Of a DNA stretch of 64,000 nt, positions 1-13,079 are shown piece by piece (the first letter of the stretch is position 1; every line of letters starts with the position of its first letter). The position numbers were made by a program, and so were the translations under genes. The notes under the pieces are model-generated. The model was not told the DNA's origin. It ran no database searches and was given only the letters and a program-made list of their open reading frames with translations. Location of the stretch: NCBI RefSeq assembly GCF_003918875.1, contig NW_025765015.1:1178001-1242000 (forward strand). The letters run 5' to 3'. The stretch is from Haliotis rubra (taxonomy: Eukaryota).

Positions 1-459
1 TAACTGTGATGCCTTGATATGAGTATGCAGCAATACAACAGTCATGGTTTATCCTGTACATATAACTGTGATGCCATGATATGAGTATGCAGCAATACAA
101 CAGTCATGGTTTATCCTGTACATATAACTGTGATGCCATGATATGAGTATGCAGCAATACAACAGTCATGGTTTATCCTGTACATATAACTGTGATGCCA
201 TGATATGAGTATGCAGCAATACAACAGTCATGGTTTATCCTGTACATATAACTGTGATGCAATGATATGAGTATGCAGCAATACAACAGTCATGGTTTAT
301 CCTGTACATATAACTGTGATGGTAGGATGCAGCAATACAACAGTCATGGTTTATCCTGTACATATAACTGTGATGCCATGATATGAGTATGCAGCAATAC
401 AACAGTCATGGTTTATCCTGTACATATAACTGTGATGCCATGATAGGAATATGCAGCAA
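1..459. repeat. Minisatellite, 62-bp unit, ~7.5 copies (runs off window start)
   Basis: Unit TAACTGTGATGCCATGATATGAGTATGCAGCAATACAACAGTCATGGTTTATCCTGTACATA recurs at 1, 63, 125, 187, 249, 311 (shortened), 365, 427. Confidence 0.97.
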
Positions 460-656
460 CTTCTTTAAGTGGTATTTAAGGTTATTGCAACCCAACAGCT
501 TACCATCATCTAATCAAGGATAATGAAGAATGACCCTTCCTACCCTTTGGCTTAGTCCATCTAGCTTCATAGCCATTACCTGTAATCACAACAACTATCA
601 GTGATGTCATCATACTGTACATCAGCCTCTTCAGTTGTATATACTCTAGTAAACTT

Positions 657-693
657 TGTGTGTGTGTGTGTGTGTGTGTGCGTGAGTGCGTGT
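657..693. repeat. (TG)n microsatellite
   Basis: Direct inspection. Confidence 0.95.
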
Positions 694-1126
694 ACAATTA
701 TAGACTGGTGATGAGGTCAATACCTATTTTCATGGACCCGCGAAAAGCAATATTGACCTCAGACGAAGAACTCAGAGATCAATATTTCTTTTCGCAGGTC
801 CATAAAAACTGGTATTGACCTCATCACCAGTCCATAATTGTTTTATTATGTTATTACGGAAAAAAAGCTTCTAAAAACCAAAACATGTCGATTTAGTCAA
901 GAAAAGTAATTTTATTTTCGCTACAAACCAATAAAGTTATGTTAAAAATACTGTGACATGTAAACAATAGCATGACATCATAGCTTGACGTCAAAATTTA
1001 TTTTTAGTAACTCAAGTCAATAAAACTTTTGGTCGGACCTGGGTTGGAGTCAATATGCTTTTCTGTCAACGGTCACGTGACCGCTTCTAGACCAATCAGG
1101 TAGCCGTAAAAATATGCTTACATAAT
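694..1126. mobile_element. Hairpin-headed non-autonomous element (Crypton-like architecture), copy A
   Basis: ~148-bp imperfect palindrome 694-841 (ACAATTATAGACTGGTGATGAGGTCAATACC...GGTATTGACCTCATCACCAGTCCATAATTGT). ATTATGTTA just after it pairs with TTACATAAT at ~1118-1126. GTCAATA motif reiterated internally. Superfamily is inferred. Confidence 0.6.
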
Positions 1127-1331
1127 TATGTTGTGTATCACTTGCTTGATAACAATGTTAAGTTCTTCACCGAAACATCAATTGGAATAAATATTGTTTC
1201 TCTTCATGAGGATGTACATGTTTGGAGTTAGCACAAGATATGTTGAACAGTATATTACACACTTTTGTAATGCAAACTATTACTATCAGTGTGACTGTGA
1301 TTTGTACTGTTATTACAGTATTACGTGTAGG

Positions 1332-1963
1332 ATAAAGCACGACTCCGAGGTTATGGTTGGGAAAGTAAGACCCGAGATCGGAGGGTGGGGAGAAGTAAGA
1401 CAGAGAGCGCGTACGCTCGAGGTCTTACTTCTCTCCACCCGATGGTCGAGGGCTTACTTTCCCAACCATAACCGAGGAGGAGTGCTTTATTATATATATA
1501 AACTGTCAATGATGGATAATTAGATGATCATGTAATGAAGCTACATAACAGTAACTGAAGCGCTAGTAAAATCAATAAAAAGGCCTAACTATAAATAGCT
1601 AATTCAACCATCGTTGTTTGTCGGCCCGGTGGCTGTGAGGTAGAGTGTCCACTTATGAATCTGAAAATAACGGTTCCATTCCTGCTAGGGAAAACATTTG
1701 CACATTTATGTTGATCTTTGACGATATTTTTCAATTGATTTCAAACACTAACATATCATCTGAATTTGAATGTTGATGTTAATATAGAGTTAGGAAAAAG
1801 TAAAACCTGGGAAGAGGTGTTACTTACAAAAAGTAAAACAGGGAAATGGGTCTTAATTACGAAAAGTAAAACCTGGGAGCAAACAAAAAACTCAAATGCG
1901 GTAAATCCGGGAAAAGAAGCCATGTCTAATATATAGTGAGAAGCAGCCTTCAGGTTTATATAA
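1332..1963. mobile_element. Hairpin-headed non-autonomous element (Crypton-like architecture), copy B
   Basis: ~159-bp palindrome 1332-1490 with GAGCG-CGTA-CGCTC apex. TATATAAACTG (1495-1505) is inverted against CAGGTTTATATA (1951-1962). Three AAAGTAAAAC repeats at ~1797-1880. Confidence 0.6.
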
Positions 1964-2827
1964 CATAATCAAGTACAGTCTGGGTACTTACATATCTGTG
2001 TGCATTACCTTGTTCTTAGTATGTAATAACTCATCATGTGGATGAATGGCAGTGTGACTGGTTATACTTCCTACCTTGGATTTGATATGAACTAAATGGG
2101 TCTACACTTTTACTTGAGGTCCAAGTAAAATGAGATATTTTGCCACATAGCTTTGATGATCCTGTGGATGAACGCTACAAGTGGCACAATCAGCCTTCAT
2201 CTGGCATTACAGTCAAGTACTCACAGGAAATACTTTCTGATTTCATAGAAAAGAATTGGATGTCATTGTCATTTGTGAGCAAGATGATTGTTCACGAGAA
2301 CTGAATGTAATACCCAAAGGTCTTTTGTCACTTTCATCCTGGTAGTCGGTGAAGTGGAATTCTAAATGTTAAAGCACTATCGTGTGAAGGATAGCTTCCT
2401 GCTTTCTCTTTCCTTGTACCATGTATTACAGGATGTGAAACTGTTCTATTTTTTATGTTACCAGTGTCGTGTGTTCACAACTGTCAGCATATCTAATTAC
2501 ATATTTATGGGACAGAATACACAGTATAGTGGACTAGGACTGAGAAATAAAATAGCCAATATACTTGATGCATATCTTGATAAACAGTGGTTAGCTTAAT
2601 GTTACTTACACTATACACATTTGAACAGACTGTTCTAGAGTCAAAAGGTTCACACTGAATTGCAAAGTTCAACACAATTATACCATCTTCCTGCCATGAG
2701 CAAATGTGAGAGAGGGTGCTGTGATGTGAGCTGTCCGGATGATACATCTTCATATAACCCATACAAGGCACTGAACGAGAAGCACTATGTGATTGCCTTT
2801 TCATACCAATAGAAACAACAAGTGCTT

Positions 2828-3342
2828 GATTCTCCAATGACTGCGTGAAATACTCGAATTTGATTTGACAATCAATAAAATTAGACACTATCAATTTGGA
2901 TTGAAAATGAGTCTGTTTTTATGACCCCTTCACCGCACTAGTATACAACACAGCTGGACTACTTCAGCTTGACCACCAACATGGCTGATATCAACACAAC
3001 GGATGGAAATGATGGAAACGTTCATAATACAACATTTATTAAAACTAAAAAAATTCAATTATATGATTTTTTTCCTGTACAATTAATAGGAAAGCTCACT
3101 ATCGTGTTACCTTCTGTTATAAGAGTGAGTGAGTGAGTGAGTTTAGTTTTACGCCGCACTCAGCAATATTCTGTTATAAGAATATTCAAACTCAATTACA
3201 ATGCCCCAACCATAAACAAACAATATCAAACATATCAGTAAACCTTGTAAAAATACATCCCTATTTATGCAAAATCTACAACAAAACATTAGTAAGATTT
3301 ACCTACAAGGTAAACGGTATATTTGTTTCCGTTTAGAGACTT
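2828..3342. mobile_element. Dispersed non-autonomous DNA element, copy 1 (inverted relative to 6670-7250); boundaries approximate
   Basis: 2831-~3230 aligns by eye to the reverse complement of ~6900-7248 (e.g. CTTCAGCTTGACCACCAACATGGCTGATATCAACACAAC). Shared end motif TTTAGAGACT / AGTCTCTAAA. Confidence 0.75.
3125..3168 (-). mobile_element. 5'-truncated SINE 3' tail with 13-bp TSD
   Basis: Reverse complement TATTGCTGAGTGCGGCGTAAAACTAAACTCACTCACTCAC resembles the tail of the full SINE at 8141. Flanked by TTCTGTTATAAGA at 3112-3124 and 3169-3181. Confidence 0.85.
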
Positions 3343-3899
3343 ACATCTAAACATCTATGCAGTTCTTCCTTTTTAAGTTCGACACAGACATTTTCAGCCA
3401 CCCTCCATTCCCAACATTATTTTATGTCACAGATATTGATAGACATATGTTTAGCATGGTTAGATTCAAATTAGATACAGCTTTTTCATGAATAAATTTG
3501 GACATATTCTTATACGACCATACAGTGGAATATGAACATGGTGAATATGGATTTATATTCTCCTAGATCTACATGACAACTATTGCAGCCAGTCAAATAC
3601 TGCCTATGGGAAAGCTAGCTAATCAGTTTAGTCTCCTGATAATACTCTTGACATATGCCAGATCCCAGGTCACAGGTACCCCTCCACTTTCTTATCTCAA
3701 TATCCGGGCTACAACCAAGCAGTCATTTGTCCTGGTCAGTTATTAGTACTGTTAATCTCCATGCATGGGTGTGTTGGTAAGGCATGTATTCTTGTCATGG
3801 CCCTATTCCCACTCGGATTTTCTGGATGAAGGAGACAGTAAAATAAATTTAAACGTAGACTTGCAAGGCATGACACGCTTTCATCATGTTCATGAGGTC

Positions 3900-4667
3900 A
3901 GACTGCACCATGCAGGTTTTTGGTAGGCTTGTATGACTGAGCTCTACACCATGCAACTCCTTGGAACAGGCCAGGCTTCACAGTGCAGCTCCTTGGAACA
4001 GGCCAGGCTTCACAGTGCAACTCCTTGGAACAGGCCAGGCTTCACAGTGCAGCTCTTCAGAACATCCAAGAACAGACTAAGCTACACCATGCAGCTCCTT
4101 GGTACAGGCCAGGCTGCACAGTGCAGCTCTTTGGTACAGACTGTTCTACACCATGCAGCTCCTTGAACAGATGAGGCTCCTTGGTGCAGCTCCTTGGTGC
4201 AGACCAGGCTCCACAGTACAGTTCCTTAGAGCAGGCCAGTCTGCACAGTGCAGCTTCTTGGTACAGGCCAGACTCCACAGTGCAGCTCCTTGGAACAGGC
4301 CAGGCTCCACAGTGCAGCTCTTTGGAACAGACCATCCTCCACAGTGCAGCTCCTTGGAACAGGCAGGCTGTACAGTGCAGCTCCTTGGTACAGGCCAGGC
4401 TCCATAGTGAAGCTCCTTAGAGCAGGCTAGTCTTTGCAGTGCAGCACCTTGGTACAGACCAGGCTCCACACTGCAGCTCCTTGAAACAGGCCAGGCTTCA
4501 CAGTGCAGCTCCTTGGAACAGGACAGGCTCCACCATGTAGATCTTTCGTTTCGTACAGGCCAGGCTCCACCATGTAGGTCTTTCATACAGACCAGGCTTC
4601 ACAGTGCAGCTCCTTGGAACAGGCCAGGCTCCACCATGTAGGTCTTTCGTACAGGCTATGCTCCACA
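3900..4667. repeat. Minisatellite, 32-bp unit, ~23 diverged copies
   Basis: Unit TTGGAACAGGCCAGGCTTCACAGTGCAGCTCC (3961, 3993...). Explains overlapping ORFs 3933-4586. Confidence 0.95.
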
Positions 4668-5564
4668 ATTAACCAAACAAAAATGTGTGCACTAAGAAGG
4701 CATGTGCGAATTGTGAATCATGACCTCAAAGTCTATTCAGTGTCAGTTTGTGCTGAAAGATGTTTTATTTCTTTAATTTCACATAAGAAATTTACCCACA
4801 GTTTTTCTGTTTGTAGACATTGTGTTGATATTGTTGGGAGATTCTACTGGTATTGTGAATCTTTCAGGGGGGTACACTTGCACCGTCTTGCTGTGCTCCC
4901 TCTGTTGAATTGTATGAATATTAAACAGTTGTATCTTCAATGGCTAAGTAATATAACAGTATTTGATGGTATTGGGTGGTCCTGTATGATCAATAGAAGT
5001 CAATATTCTGTCTTCCTTTATCATAAATGTACATAAGTGAAACAGTGAAGATTTTTCCAATCAAGGACCCATTCACTCACACACTTTATGTTGTGGAACA
5101 GAATGAACGCTGAAAATGTGAAGCACTCAACCATTTCTGCCCTTAAAAGAGCATTTTGCCAGAACAGTTGGTACACAAGTATTGAATCTCCTGCTGTGCC
5201 TTTGTGCTGTTTAATGTTCCCTGTGACAAATCCTACATGGCCACTTGCCACCAATATGCTCAATTACAGTCATTATCTTCTGTAATTGTCAAATGATGAC
5301 AAGTGTTAGGTTGTCTGGCTGGCTGTGATCCAGTCTTGTGGGCGGTGACACTGTGACTGATCATGTTACTGCTTATTCATCCATTGCTCATGTTACAAAT
5401 AATCAGAGCCGGTCTTAAGCATTCCAATTTTGCATTTTGAAAATTTAATTTAAATTTTGAAGTAAATGTTGAAAAGACAGATAACCACTTATTGACCAGT
5501 CAGGACTTGGGTGGGAATGATCAATACTGTCAAGGCATGACACCTGTCCATCAGCGAGTCCTGA

Positions 5565-6092
5565 TGTTCACACTGTCAACCGCCAGTGTCCTGTGACCAG
5601 GTGCTCACATTGTCAACCCCTGGTGTGTCAGTGTGTCCTGGTGCTAACACTGTTAACCCCTGGTGTGTCAGTTTGTCCTGGTGCTCACATTGTCAACCCC
5701 TGGTGTGTCAGTGTGCCATGATGCTCACATTGTCAACCCCTGGTGTGTCAGTGTGCCATGATGCTCACACTGTCAACCACCAGTGTCCTGTGCCCAGGTG
5801 CTCACACTGTCAACCCCTGGTGCATCAGTGTGCCCTGATGCTCACACTGTCAACCACCAGTGTCCTGTGCCCAGGTGTTCACACTGTCAACCACCAGTGT
5901 CCTGTGCCCAGGTGCTCACACTGTCAACCACCAGTGTCCTGTGCCCAGGTGCTCACACTGTCAACCACCAGTGTCCTGTGCCCTGGTGCTCACACTGTCA
6001 ACCCCTGGTGTGTCAGTGTGCCCAGATGCTCACACTGTCAACCCCTGGTGCATCAGTGTGTCCTGGTGCTAACACTGTCAACCACCAGTGTG
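5565..6092. repeat. Minisatellite with 40-bp and 37-bp unit variants
   Basis: GTGCTCACACTGTCAACC core at 5601, 5641, 5681, 5721, 5761, 5798... Confidence 0.95.
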
Positions 6093-6669
6093 TTCTGTTC
6101 CCAAATTGTTTCCCATGGCATGTAACATTTCCCAGGCTGCTGGCATATTACAGGAATATATATTGCAATTTTAAACTTACTCTACAGTAACTTCCAGATA
6201 GGGGTGTTCAGTCAATTTCATTTATATTCATAGGATCAATTTACATCTTTCACACACATTACAGTTCAAATACTGAAGAGATCTCAAGTTACCTAACCTT
6301 TCTGCTAACCAGTTAGTGCATTAACACCAGTTATTATTCATGTAATCAAGCAATGAAAATTCATTGACTGAGGAGTCAATGGATGGGTTTCTAATTAGTT
6401 AATATTATAATAATTTCCCTTCGCTCCCTCGTCCTCAGTCATGTATGAAATGTGATCGGATGTGGGTTGTGAAACTCTTCCTGAAGAATAAACATAGTTT
6501 ATGTTGGACAAATAAAGTAGCAAGGTCAGAAAACAATAAGAGTTACTAGCAACAAAAGCATATCCTAAGTGGCAACTAAGTAGATTGGGTGGCTAGGGTC
6601 ACTTATTTGGTTGGCTTAAGAGATAAACATCCTGTGTGTGCATATTAGATGAATGTTACACAGAACTGA

Positions 6670-7250
6670 TAGTCTCTAAATTCATTTGAAACCAAACGCG
6701 TAGGAATATTTCGCGATGCCAAATACCACTCCCAACCAGTTAAATGGGGCACCAACTATATGCGGTTTCAGTTTTGGGATGTGGACTCGTCCATCATTTA
6801 TGGTACCAGATACGTTTCTGTATTTTGACTTTGTTTAGGGTATGTTTTTGTATACACATCTGAAGTAACCGTGCCGACAATGACCCCTTCAGCATAAGTT
6901 GGATATTGTTTTTTTATGGTTGGGACTGTACATTGTACCGTGTAACTGAGGTTGAGTATTCTTATAACAGAAGGTAATATGATAGGTTCCCTAATTAATG
7001 TGAAGGAAAAAATCATATAATTGAATATTTTTGGTTTTAATAAATGTTTTATTATGAACGTTTCCATCATTTCCATCTGTTGTGTTGATATCAGCCATGT
7101 TGGTGGTCAAGCTGAAGTAGTGCAGCTGTGTTGTATACGTGCGTAGCGAAGCAGTCGTGAAATCAGACGCATTTTCAATCCAAATTGATAGTGACTAACT
7201 TTATTGATATTTCCAATCAAATGTGGGTATTTCACATAGTAATGGTAGAA
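6670..7250. mobile_element. Dispersed non-autonomous DNA element, copy 2 (no SINE insertion); boundaries approximate
   Basis: Inverted homologue of 2828-3342. Carries the single empty site TCTTATAACAGAA at ~6960-6972. Confidence 0.75.
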
Positions 7251-7423
7251 TGTTGATTGGATGGAGTAGCTGAATGATTTCAATAACTGGAATGTTTGGT
7301 CAGACTATTATTTACAAACAGGCTGGAATATAGCTGAGTACAGTTGACAAACAGATGATTCCCGTGCACCATCATGCCAATAAATGAATAAGGATTTGAT
7401 AGCACAACTGGCCATCGTCAGAT

Positions 7424-7608
7424 GTAGTGGTGTAATGATTCATCAATAATATCGATGTTTACATCGTCAACTACGTGATATGAGTGCATCGATACAAAAC
7501 ACATTTAGGCAATATATCAGGATACTTCATCATATTTGTATCGCGAGGGTCCATGATACATCGATGTATCTCCACAAGAGATGACATATCCCGATACAAC
7601 TTAACTAC
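7424..7608. mobile_element. Possible decayed MITE
   Basis: GTAGT...ACTAC ends and reiterated ATCGAT/GATAC motifs like those in 8362-8469. Confidence 0.3.
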
Positions 7609-8140
7609 TTCTTAAAGTTGTAAGGAGTATTGCATTAGGAATAGGAAAGGAGACTCTTTGAAATTCTTCTGAATTTTATAAACAAATTGAACCTTAAAGG
7701 AATTGGTTTGTGTCTGTTATCTTTGTTACATGAACAAAGGAGTTGGTGTATAAGTCACAGAGCGTGAACATTTTGCAAACTCTGTGAACTTTAGAATACT
7801 TGTCTTCAGGTAATTGAAATATGCAGATATGTTTTAGTTGTTTGACAAATAACACCATTTATTAACAATTTAGCTGTGGTGAGAAAGAGAACAAAGAGAA
7901 GATAAAGAGTTTTTTTCAGTGATTCTGAATTCTGATATAAATTACAGTGAGTTGTTTGTGAAAGCATGGGTGTGGAAACACAATTTCCAAAGGGAAATTT
8001 CAGCTTCAAATTTATATATATTAGATCAGGGTATACTGAATATGTGTGACTGTACTTTCTTAAGTATTAAATGCTAAATCTTTATTAGATGTACAGGTTT
8101 TTAAGTGTGTGTGAATGTAACACAAGTTCTGATGTATAAC

Positions 8141-8306
8141 GGGGCGGTGAGGTAGTCTAGTGATTAAAGCGTTGGCTTGTCACGCCGAAGACCCGGGTTC
8201 GAATCCCCACATGGGTACTATGAGTGAAGCCCATTTCTGGTGTCCCCCGCCCTGATATTGCTGGAATATTGCTAAAAGCGTCGTAAAACCAAACTCTGTC
8301 AGTCAG
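8141..8306 (+). mobile_element. Full-length tRNA-derived SINE with 13-bp TSD
   Basis: GGGGCGG start, Pol III A-box-like TAGTCTAGTGA, B box GGTTCGAATCC, tail GCTGGAATATTGCTAAAAGCGTCGTAAAACC followed by short tandem AGTC. TSD TCTGATGTATAAC at 8128-8140 and 8307-8319. Confidence 0.93.
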
Positions 8307-8361
8307 TCTGATGTATAACAAATAAAGTTTCAGTCGTTTTATCTGCCATATCTGTTCTGTT

Positions 8362-8469
8362 ACTAGAAACTGTAAAGTATCGGGATACGTATCGTATCTC
8401 CACCATTGTATCCAAAATGGTATCGAGATATATCGTCTCGCCACTTAGGCCACGATACACAGCTCTAGT
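8362..8469. mobile_element. Short MITE
   Basis: Imperfect TIR ACTAGAAACTGT...ACAGCTCTAGT with internal GTATCG/CGATAC reiteration. Confidence 0.5.
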
Positions 8470-9194
8470 CAGATGTAAACACCTCATTATAATAGACAGC
8501 AGGCTGGCCATCACGTGAGTTATCAGTGGTGTGTCTGGTCCAAGTGTAACTCCTCATGGCTTGTCAAAGTAATTGTTACCCAGATCAGATTGTCGAAAAA
8601 AACACCTAAATGGGAACTGAACAAGGGATGATTTTCTTGAAAACTTTCTGTAACAGTAACACCTGGATGGTGCATGGTTATGCTTGACTGCTTGCAACCT
8701 GCTTCTATTTTCTTGTCAGTTGACAGGACCATCTACTGGCGCCACTGATGCTGGCAACAGCTGTATGAGATACAGACACACCATCTGCACTATACAGTAT
8801 ATGTAGACGTCTGTAGGTCCAGTGAGAACAAATACATGGAATGAATGTAAAGATAGATGTTGCTTACAAAGGGACACAAACAATATTTAATGTGTGAAAT
8901 TCTTGACAATAATTATAAAGTATGTGTCATAAACATTATTACATCTTACAGTAATGTACTGGGTGCTATTTAACTTTACAGCACTGTCAGATTTCCCCAG
9001 TTTCCTGTAAGGACCCTTGATTTGAGTATTCGTGGGGTCCTGTGGAGACCGAGTCTTGTAGGGCAAGATAAACCCCTGTGGCTCTACCAGATTCTATCTG
9101 GAGGTGGACAATATAGGGACAGTACAGCTACACACAGGTGTCAGATCATGTCTGTCAGTGCAGCCCAGCAACATATAGGTATAAGGTCCTTGTA

Positions 9195-9562
9195 TCTGTG
9201 GCAACACACCACATGTGTGTATCAAGCCCCTGTATCTGGCAATATAGCAACATGTGTGTATGAAGCCCCTGTATCTGGCAATATAGCAACATGTGTGTAT
9301 GAAGCCCCTGTATCTGGCAATATAGCAACATGAGTGTATCAAGCCCCTGTATCTGGCAATATAGTAACATGTGTATATCAAGCCCCTGTATCTGGCAATA
9401 TAGCAACATGTGTTTATCAGGCCGCTGTATCTAGCAACACAGCAACATGTGTGTATCAGGCCTATGTGTCTGTGACAACACAGCAACATGTGTGTATCAG
9501 GCCTATGTATCTAGCAATACAGCAACATGAATGTATCAGGCCTATATGTCTTTGGCAACACA
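9195..9562. repeat. Minisatellite, 39-bp unit, ~9 copies
   Basis: AATATAGCAACATGTGTGTATGAAGCCCCTGTATCTGGC at 9241, 9280... Confidence 0.95.
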
Positions 9563-10012
9563 CGAGGGTCAGGCCCTTCTGTTTGTAATGCATCAACACA
9601 GATTGCATATGTGCCCGCCAGTCACTGTCAGTAATGTCAATTGTCAGTGTGGTATTTGATTTTAGTTTATAAGTGCTTTGTAATATTTCTTTTTGTCTGA
9701 CTTTGGCTAAATCAGGATAGAATCTACTGGCGACCACACTGAATGGTAGAGACAGGCAGGATGTCATGATTATCAGCAGAACACCAAATGTTTTGCCAAG
9801 TCAATCAGCATTCCAAAATACGTATTTGAATGTGAGCAATCAACTTGGATAAACAGTCCCATGGTTGTACAAGAATAGTTATGACACTTGATACATCCTT
9901 TACATCACTTTCTTTTTGTCCAACATTTAGAAGGTGGTTTGTCTCCGTTAAATAGTTAGTTGGCAAGCTTTAGTGGCACAACTATTAACTGGTAAATATG
10001 ACAGTCAGGATG

Positions 10013-12210
10013 GAGACATATGATAGTACAGCTGTTGCCATGGGTAAGACAGGAAGACATATGATAGTACAGCTGTTGCCATGGGTAAGACAGGAAGACA
10101 TATGATAGTACAGCTGTTGCCATGGGTAAGACAGGAAGACATGATAGTACAGCTGTAGCCATGGGTAAGACAGGAAGACATATGATAGTACAGCTATAGC
10201 CATAGGTAAGACTGGAAGACATATGATAGTACAGCTGTAGCCATGGGTAAGACAGGAAGACATATGATAGTACAGCTGTAGCCATGGGTAAGACATATGA
10301 TAGTACAGCTGTTGCCATGGGTAAGACAGGAAGACATATGATAGTACAGCTGTAGCCATGGGTAAGACAGGAAGACATATGATAGTACAGCTGTAGCCAT
10401 GGGTAAGACATATGATAGTACAGCTATAGCCATAGGTAAGACATGATAGTACAGCTGTAGCCATGGGTAAGACAGGAAGACATATGATAGTACAGCTGTA
10501 GCCATGGGTAAGACAGGAAGACATATGATAGTACAGCTGTTGCCATAGGTAAGACAGGAAGACATATGATAGTACAGCTGTAGCCATGGGTAAGACAGGA
10601 AGACATATGATAGTACAGCTGTAGCCATAGGTAAGACAGGAAGACATATGATAGTACAGCTGTTGCCGTGGGTAAGACAGTAAGACATGATAGTACAGCT
10701 GTAGCCATAGGTAAGACAGGAAGACATATGATAGTACAGCTATAGCCATAGGTAAGATATGATAGTACAGCTGTAGCCATGGGTAAGACAGGAAGACATA
10801 TGATAGTACAGTTGTAGCCATGGGTAAGACAGGAAGACATATGATAGTACAGCTGTTGCCATGGGCAAGACAGGAAGACATATGATAGTACAGCTGTAGC
10901 CATGGGTAAGACAGGAAGACATATGATAGTACATGCCATGAGTAAGACAGGAAGACATATGATAGTACAGCTGCAGCCATGGGTAAGACAGGAAGACATA
11001 TGATAGTACAGCTGTAGCCATGGTAAGTAAGAAGACATATATGATAGTACAGCTGTAGCCATGGGTAAGTACAGCTGTAGCCATGGGTAAGACAGGAAGA
11101 CATATGATAGTACAGCTGTTGCCATGGGTAAGACAGGAAGACATATGATAGTACAGCTGTAGCCATGGGTAAGACAGGAAGACATATGATAGTACAGCTG
11201 TAGCCATGGGTAAGACATATGATAGTACAGCTGTAGCCATGGGTAAGACAGGAAGACATATGATAGTACAGCTGTAGCCATGGGTAAGACATATGATAGT
11301 ACAAGACATTTGATAGTAAAGCTGTAGGCATAGGTAAGACAGGAAGCCATATGATAGTACAGCTGTAGCCATGGGTAAGACAGGAAGACATGATAGTACA
11401 GCTGTAGCCATGGGTAAGACATATGATAGTACAGCTGTTGCCATGGGTAAGACAGTAAGACATGATAGTACAGCTGTAGCCATGGGTAAGACAGGAAGAC
11501 ATATGATAGTACATCTGTAGCCATAGGTAAGACAGGAAGACATATGATAGTACAGCTGTAGCCATGGGTAAGACAGTAAGACATGATAGTACAGCTTTAG
11601 CCATGGGTAAGACATATGATAGTACAAGACATATGATAGTACAGCTGTAGCCATTGGTAAGACAGTAAGACATGATAGTACAGCTGTTGCCATGGGTAAG
11701 ACAGTAAGACATGATAGTACAGCTGTAGCCATAGGTAAGACAGGAAGACATATGATAGTACAGCTGTTGCCATGGGTAAGACAGTAAGACATGATAGTAC
11801 AGCTGTAGCCATGGGTAAGACATATGATAGTACAGCTGTTGCCATGGGTAAGACAGTAAGACATGATAGTACAGCTGTAGCCATGGGTAAGACATATGAT
11901 AGTACAGCTGTTGCCATGGGTAAGACAGTAAGACATGATAGTACATCTGTAGCCATGGGTAAGACAGGAAGACATATGATAGTACAGCTGTAGCCATAGG
12001 TAAGACAGGAAGACATATGATAGTACAGCTGTTGCCGTGGGTAAGACAGTAAGACATGATAGTACAGCTGTAGCCATAGGTAAGACAGGAAGACATATGA
12101 TAGTACAGCTGTAGCCATGGGTAAGACAGGAAGACATATGATAGTACAACTGTAGCCATGGGTAAGACAGGAAGACATATGATAGTACAGCTGTAGCCAT
12201 GGGTAAGACA
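10013..12210. repeat. Large minisatellite, 41-bp unit with 39/33-bp deletion variants, >50 copies
   Basis: CATATGATAGTACAGCTGTAGCCATGGGTAAGACAGGAAGA. Source of the spurious 724-, 506- and 386-aa minus-strand ORFs. Confidence 0.98.
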
Positions 12211-13079
12211 GCTGGGGCCATGGAGTATACATGGAGATGTGATGGTGAAGCTGTTGTCACTTCAGTTTGATTATGGACAAACTGTTGTTGTCGTAAGATA
12301 ATTGCCCACCGACATAATTTATACTTTATGAATGGCTGTTGTCAACTCATATGGACATCATGTGTCTATGGCATCTAACCCTGCACACTGGTGTAGAAAG
12401 TTGTACACATACTTTACACATATGGGCATCTCCTTCAAGTCCCCAGACTGTTATGGCAATGCATATGTAACTGATATGAAACTTATGAAAATGCCATTCC
12501 GTAGCCCCGTCCCATATTTGGGGTTCCCAGGCAGCTGCATTGTGTGGACCATTACCCCATCATGTGACCGAGTGGCTGGAGGAGGTACAGGGTCTATGCA
12601 GCCACATGTTTGCCTGTGTTGTGGTGTGATAAGTCATAAATTAATCAATCCTACCTTGCCACTTTCTAGTACCAGCAATTTACGATGCTAGCCTACTTTA
12701 GTTTTATTTTGAACATTTATTTGCCAATTGAAAATGATCAGCATGATATGTGATGTTTATCCCCAACAATTATGTGTATAAGAGGTATGAAAGTAAATAA
12801 AGGTAAACTTCAAGGAGATGATCATAAACTAAGCCCTTTTCACAAGTTTAGAGAGAGGCAAACTGGACAATCTCACCTTGCTCTGGATTTGAAAATATCT
12901 CAGTTGTCGGAAGAGTTTTTGAAGGTACAACTCCACTTGACAGAGGAATACTGGAGAAGCTGGATTGGGTAGCTTGTGTTCTGTAAACTGCTGATTCATT
13001 GGGACATCCCGTGAAGCTGGTATAATCTGGGAATAGATAGACTTGCCTGGCATCCTCCCTGTAGACCTGTTGCTGTAGT

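Noticed and set aside
8141-8215. Functional tRNA gene
   Set aside because: tRNA-like head continues into a SINE body and tail and is bounded by a TSD
9985-12260. 724-, 506- and 386-aa minus-strand ORFs
   Set aside because: Translations of the 41-bp minisatellite; open in several frames with periodic peptides
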